From the NCBI RefSeq assembly GCF_009834535.1, contig NC_045696.1, positions 38,380,001 to 38,444,000 of the forward strand: a stretch of 64,000 nt of DNA, given 5' to 3'. Origin of the DNA: Camelus ferus (taxonomy: Eukaryota). This document shows positions 62,232 to 64,000 of this stretch, piece by piece. The position numbers and the translations under genes were made by a program. The number at the start of each line of letters is the position of its first letter. Position 1 is the first letter of the stretch. The notes beneath the pieces are model-generated. The model had not been told where the DNA came from. It saw nothing but the letters and a program-made list of their open reading frames with translations, and ran no database searches.

Positions 62232-64000
62232 ATGTGCTGCAGCAAAACATGGCAGATTACTTCCCATTACTCTCAACTAATTGCTCCTAGGTTCTTACAC
62301 ATTTAAATGTTTTGCTTTTTAAGCTATACTAAGAAACAGTGGAAATTCAAAGCCCTCACTTGTGTCAAAAAACTATTTGAAGTGATGGAGGATAACCAAA
62401 TTAAATCCATCAGAACTGAAACAAGTTTATAAATTCAACTCTGCTGATGTTTAAATGATCAAAATTAGTTTATTGAAAATCAGTTCAGTAAGAGCATAAA
62501 GAATAGGAAGGGCCAATGGGAGAAGATGCAGTAAAAAGCAACAGAAGTTTAGATCTAATTGAAAAACAAATAAAACAAATAAAATAATGATAAGCATAAA
62601 ATAATAACACGGAAAAGTACCATTCTATAATGATCTTCATGAAAGGAATATTACATTCTATAAGTTAATCTGCCTCTAGGCCACTCTGTTGGGTTATACC
62701 TATTTGATAATTAGCTTGTTAGACGTAGATATAGTCTAAACACTGAAAATATGTATATTTTTATTTAAGTATTTTTATAATTTTTCTCCTACCAGAATGT
62801 TTATGTCCTCTTTGGACTCACCTAGCCATAATCGTTCAGAAAACACTTCTTGAGTATCTATTGTGTACAAGGGTACCAAGGTCAATTATGTGTTTATTGT
62901 GTGCAGTAAAACTATAATGGAACTTCAGAGTCTGTGTTTGATCAAAATAAATATTACTTGGTGTCTGTCAAAGCGGAATTTATTGGTGAAATTATTTCTC
63001 TTTTTCTTGGTGTTGGGAGTGATGGTGGTGGTGGTTGTACATAGAAATTGTCACTCATTTCCTGAACCAACCTCTATTATTTTCACTCTGGAGTTATGCA
63101 GATGACTGCAATATTCTGTGTACCCTTCCTATATTCTTAACATCTCAAGTTCTTTCTATTTTCCTTCATTTGTTGTCTAGTTACCAGCTGTCAAACCAGG
63201 TTCACTATTCTTCTACATGCAGATAGGTATATCCAATTTGCTTTTATTGTAAATTGGTTTAACCGTAATTCAGATATAATATAAATTTTATAGAACCCCA
63301 TTAACATTTTTGTGTTGTTAACGTCTATGCCCTCTTTGATTATACAGGTATTTCTAATTTACTCACATTTCCTGACTCTGCCTCGAATGCCATTTTTGTC
63401 ATTTTTCCATACCAGTTAAAATATTTCTGTTACCTTAAGCAGATTTTACAGTATGATTTACAGAGTTCCCATTCACACATATCCTAATTTATCAGCTTCT
63501 TTTTGTATTGATATATAATCTCAGTAAGACAAATTCTTTATTCTCATGTCAATAGGCACATAAATTCATCTGATATTAGGAGAATATTAAGAATTATAGA
63601 TATGAATAATGCTATGACTGTGTAAAGCTTCTAATAAAACTATGCCTGTTCTAGGCAATGTGTACATTCCTAGATCTAACTGTTAAAAGTGAAGTATTTC
63701 ACTTATTCTCCCTGTGATTTGCCCTGGTTTTAACTAAGCCATCTTTTTTCCTAGGGAGATGGTCTAACATTTTCTCTGAGAGGATGTGTTGCAGCAGCAG
63801 TTTATTGTTACTATGATTATTTTATTGTAGCCATTCTTATGCCACTTAATTTACACAAAGTGATCTTTAATCATTCATTAGTTAATTCTTCCATCATTCC
63901 ATGGGGAAAAAATCAATAGTGCAGTTGATTTACACCTCTAAAAAGCCTACTACTGCAATGGCAGATTAAAGTTACTGAAGGAGAGAAAAAGAACTAGTAT

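Noticed and set aside
1..64000. Short ORFs (60-124 aa) in the six-frame track as host genes
   Set aside because: Apart from the L1 fragments, none resembles a protein family I know. Many start at non-ATG codons, overlap repeats and have the composition expected from random AT-rich DNA.
1..64000. CRISPR array or prokaryotic operon/defence system
   Set aside because: There is no regularly spaced repeat-spacer array and no gene-dense region. The repeat content is unambiguously mammalian.

Overview
This is AT-rich, CpG-depleted mammalian genomic DNA, either intronic or intergenic. It is most likely camelid (alpaca, llama or camel), because it carries two tRNA-Ala(AGC)-derived SINEs of the vic-1 type and an artiodactyl-type L1 3' end. 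I find no supportable host protein-coding exon, functional RNA gene or CpG island. The only ORFs I recognise are fragments of a decayed LINE-1 ORF2 (6462-6836, 7386-7592). Much of the window is layered interspersed repeats: a 3.3-kb internally deleted L1, older L1M, L2, L3/CR1 and MIR fragments, MaLR/ERVL/ERV1 solo LTRs, hAT and Tigger MITEs, and microsatellites. Family names come from recalled consensus sequences, not a database search, and the boundaries of old repeats are approximate. Three structures are not explained by these repeats: (1) a 2.23-kb segment (21708-23941) bracketed by ~55-bp inverted repeats and a 7/8 direct flanking repeat, which could be a transposon-like insertion or an inversion scar; (2) two short dispersed direct duplications (24972/25985 and 35584/37669); (3) the L1, whose inter-ORF spacer is fused directly to the RT active-site region. 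I cannot support a claim of a new multi-gene biological system here.
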